NCBI GenBank assembly: GCA_965645245.1 | Contig: OZ287078.1 | Coordinates: 186,001-250,000 of the forward strand | Length of the DNA: 64,000 nt | Direction: 5' to 3' | Source: Massalongia carnosa | Taxonomy: Eukaryota | Notes under the pieces: generated by a model | Databases searched by the model: none | What the model saw: only the letters and a program-made list of their open reading frames with translations | Told to the model about the DNA's origin: nothing | Translations under genes and position numbers: made by a program | Shown: piece by piece, positions 61,479 to 64,000 of the stretch | How positions within the stretch are numbered: the stretch's first letter is position 1 | How the letters are laid out: each line of letters starts with the position of its first letter

Positions 61479-63056
61479 GTCAGCCAGTTTCTTCAAAAGT
61501 CCTCTAGACAAGAGATCAGCAATATAATTTTCTTTGGATGATATCCATCGCGCTTCTATCTGGATATCATGTAATGCAGCTAGCATTGTAATTGCCCGCA
61601 GGGCATGCATTGCTTGGCCTCGTATAGAGGTTTTATTCACTCCTTTCGTGACAGCGTAGCTATCACAATAGAGGATTAAATGACTACCCTTGCATATAGG
61701 TAGCCACTTTTTCATAGCTTGAAGAATTGCTGTCATTTCTTTGACGTTGATATGCTTTGCCCTAAGGCGCGTAGTAAAGCGTGTGCTAAAAGCCTGCCGG
61801 GCTGCTTGTATATTATGCAAATTTTGATCCTCGCTGAGGATAAAGCCGCCCATACCATATGAGCCGGACGCATCTGTCCATATTCTCATAGTATGTCTAG
61901 TACGGTTGAGCAGATGTATGCCATTCCATTTAGGTAGGAAATGATGCCACTATAGAAGATCAGCCCTCATGTCCTTGTTAAGATGGATTAGTTTAGAGGT
62001 TACGCTTGCCGTAGCATTGAAAAGACGGCGTAGAAAGGCTCTTCCTGGTTTTACCACTCTGGCTGCAAAGCATAAGAATCCTAGAAGAGAGTCGAGTTCC
62101 TTCCTGGGTATGGCTTTTTTATTCAAAGCTGCCGATACTAGGGTCTTTGCTTTTAGTAACTTTTCGGAAGGCAAGCGTGCTTCCATGAGCGCGGTATCGA
62201 TTTCAATGCCGAGGAAATCGCAAGTCGTTCCAGTTCTGTTCTTTTCGAGCTTGATTTTCATGCCAAGATCTTTACAAATGTTGTGGAAAACTTGATCAAA
62301 CTTTTCAGCATCTGGTCCGGTGCTGACTATTATTAAAAAATCATCCAAGTAATGAATAGCGTCTTTCCAACCACAGTTGTACAATATCCAGTTGATACCC
62401 TTCGCGAACAGATCAAAAAGGAACGGCGACGTTCTCAGCCCAAAGGGTAAGTATTTATCCATCCAAAAGGAATCCTGCCACTTGAAACCTAGTAACCACC
62501 AATCGCTTTTTGCTACTGGTATGTGGCGAAAAGCGTCCGCAAAGTCTCTTTTAATAAGAATACACCCTGGCCCGCGTTGCTCAATCAACCTAATGGCTTC
62601 GTCGAAGCTGGTATATTCCAGGGAGCCCCAGTCTTCCGGTATGTGGTCGTTGACTGAGCTACTCTCCGGATACGATAGATGATGGATTCGCCGCCAACCA
62701 CCGTTAGCCTTTGGTACAAGGCCTAATGGGGAACATATAAAGCAAGAAGGAATGTTGTTGACTTTCTCCAACCGATTACTAGCTATTTGTTCTTCGAGGT
62801 CATTGGTAAGAACTTCCGGTGCCTCATTTGCAGAGGCAAGATTATCGCTAATAATGAGTTGATGTGGTCCTGTATAACCAACTTTGGCACCGTAGGTGAT
62901 GATATCGATAATTGTTTGTGTGTAAGTGCGATCCGGGTGATTGGCCAAATGTTTCTCCCAGCCTTCTTTCTTCAATGGGCCCGGTGGGATCTTTGTTAGA
63001 TTGTCCGTCAAGGTGTATGGAAAGGACTCCGCGATGGATAAGAATGGGGCGGTTAG
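61440..63056 (-). pseudogene. RT + RNase H (ORF2) with one premature stop
   Basis: SPLGLVPK, WRRIHHLS, LPFGLRTSP, HYLDDF, IWTDAS, HINVKE; TAG at 61950-61952 within DLL*W, likely TGG to TAG. Confidence 0.9.
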
Positions 63057-64000
63057 TCATTGCCTTGATGGGAGAGGCATCGAATTTGGGTTAGAGGGTT
63101 GATTTTTTCCATTTGTACAGTCCATCGCCCGATGTTGCTTTCCACATTTCTCACACACATGTTGGAATCTACAATATACGGGACAGTCTTTGCCATAGTT
63201 GTATTTCTTACAGATAATCTTTTCGCCTGAGGTTTTGAAAGCCGTAGAATTATCGTCCGGTTTTGCAAAGTAAGCGGACGGTTTCCGCACAAGATGCCTT
63301 TCCAAGGAATGGTCCATTTCTTTCCATCCATCCGGGTTGTCAATCCCGCGAAAGGCTCGAGATTTGTGGAAATTCAAATGAAAGATGCGAACCGAGTCCC
63401 AGGTGTAGAAGGCGTATAATGATAGAAGATGGTCCTGATAAGCCATGAAGGCTCTCATCAGGTTTATCTGGAGACCGGGGTGTGCAAAGTGTAGTAGTAT
63501 CATCCAATATACCCCGAGACATCGTATCAAATGAACTATCCCTTTGATATCTTTTAAGGAGCCATCTTCTTCTCTCGTGGCGATTTCCAGACCTTCTCCG
63601 AGTTTGACGTATCTAGAGTTGGTTTGAACTCCGTCGATGTCGGTACATAGCTTGGTAATGTTGATTGGGTCAAACGTATTCTCGGAGATTTGCTTTATCC
63701 ATATGGGCTTGATAGTGGGATATTCGTTCATAAGAGAAACAAAACGAGGATCCATACCTTCTGTATACAATGAGTTTGGTCGATGCGGTGGAAATGATGT
63801 CGGAAATAATAGGGAAGGCTGTTGAGCTGAGGCTACTGGCCCAGGGACCACGTCTCGGGCACGTGCTTGTTGGGTTTCGATATCCCGCCTAAGACTTACT
63901 CTTTCTCTTTCCTCGGCTTCCCTGCGGGACATTTCGCGTTGTGCTCTAAGTTCAATAATGTCATCAGGGGTGCGAGAACGGGTTTCCGGTATAACAGGCC
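63057..64000 (-). CDS. gag-like ORF1 with C-terminal Cys/His zinc-finger region, 5' partial
   Basis: ICKKYNYGKDCPVYCRFQHVCEKCGKQH; position upstream of pol. Confidence 0.8.
   Translation of the reverse strand, partial: PVIPETRSRTPDDIIELRAQREMSRREAEERERVSLRRDIETQQARARDVVPGPVASAQQPSLLFPTSFPPHRPNSLYTEGMDPRFVSLMNEYPTIKPIWIKQISENTFDPINITKLCTDIDGVQTNSRYVKLGEGLEIATREEDGSLKDIKGIVHLIRCLGVYWMILLHFAHPGLQINLMRAFMAYQDHLLSLYAFYTWDSVRIFHLNFHKSRAFRGIDNPDGWKEMDHSLERHLVRKPSAYFAKPDDNSTAFKTSGEKIICKKYNYGKDCPVYCRFQHVCEKCGKQHRAMDCTNGKNQPSNPNSMPLPSRQ

Larger units (their letters stand above)
60240..64000 (-). mobile_element. DIRS/Ngaro-like tyrosine-recombinase retrotransposon; 5' end beyond the window
   Basis: gag - RT/RNase H - tyrosine recombinase in order on the minus strand. 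Confidence 0.92.

Noticed and set aside
62848..63060. ATGA stop-start overlap as the pol initiation site
   Set aside because: That ATG is out of frame with pol and closes after 70 codons; in-frame readthrough fits better

Overview
Eukaryotic DNA from a filamentous ascomycete, judged from short GT-AG introns with CTRAC-type branch sites and fungus-type protein families. It is an accessory, transposon-dense region with no recognisable housekeeping genes. The left ~20 kb looks like a degenerate Starship-type segment on the minus strand: a DUF3435-like tyrosine recombinase (captain) pseudogene, then a patatin-NB-ARC-TPR NLR with near-identical 126-bp repeats, then several remnants (TPR, HET-associated, ankyrin+deaminase, kinase, PD-(D/E)XK-like). 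The middle holds a Copia element with four nested insertions, an F-box pseudogene, an intronless MTase/FAD-oxidase/P-loop-kinase/PRTase fusion gene and an apparently intact piggyBac-like element without TTAA ends. At 41.7-48.3 kb is a head-to-head pair of an MLKL-like protein (helical N-terminus + pseudokinase) and an apparently active kinase-Sel1-ankyrin protein, which is my best candidate for an undescribed system (a fungal RIPK3/MLKL-like cell-death module). The right end has an HNH nuclease gene, Tc1, MULE and pogo elements, and a DIRS/Ngaro-like retroelement whose gag and pol are separated only by an in-frame TGA-CTA readthrough-type stop. All family calls come from motif recognition by eye; no database search was run.
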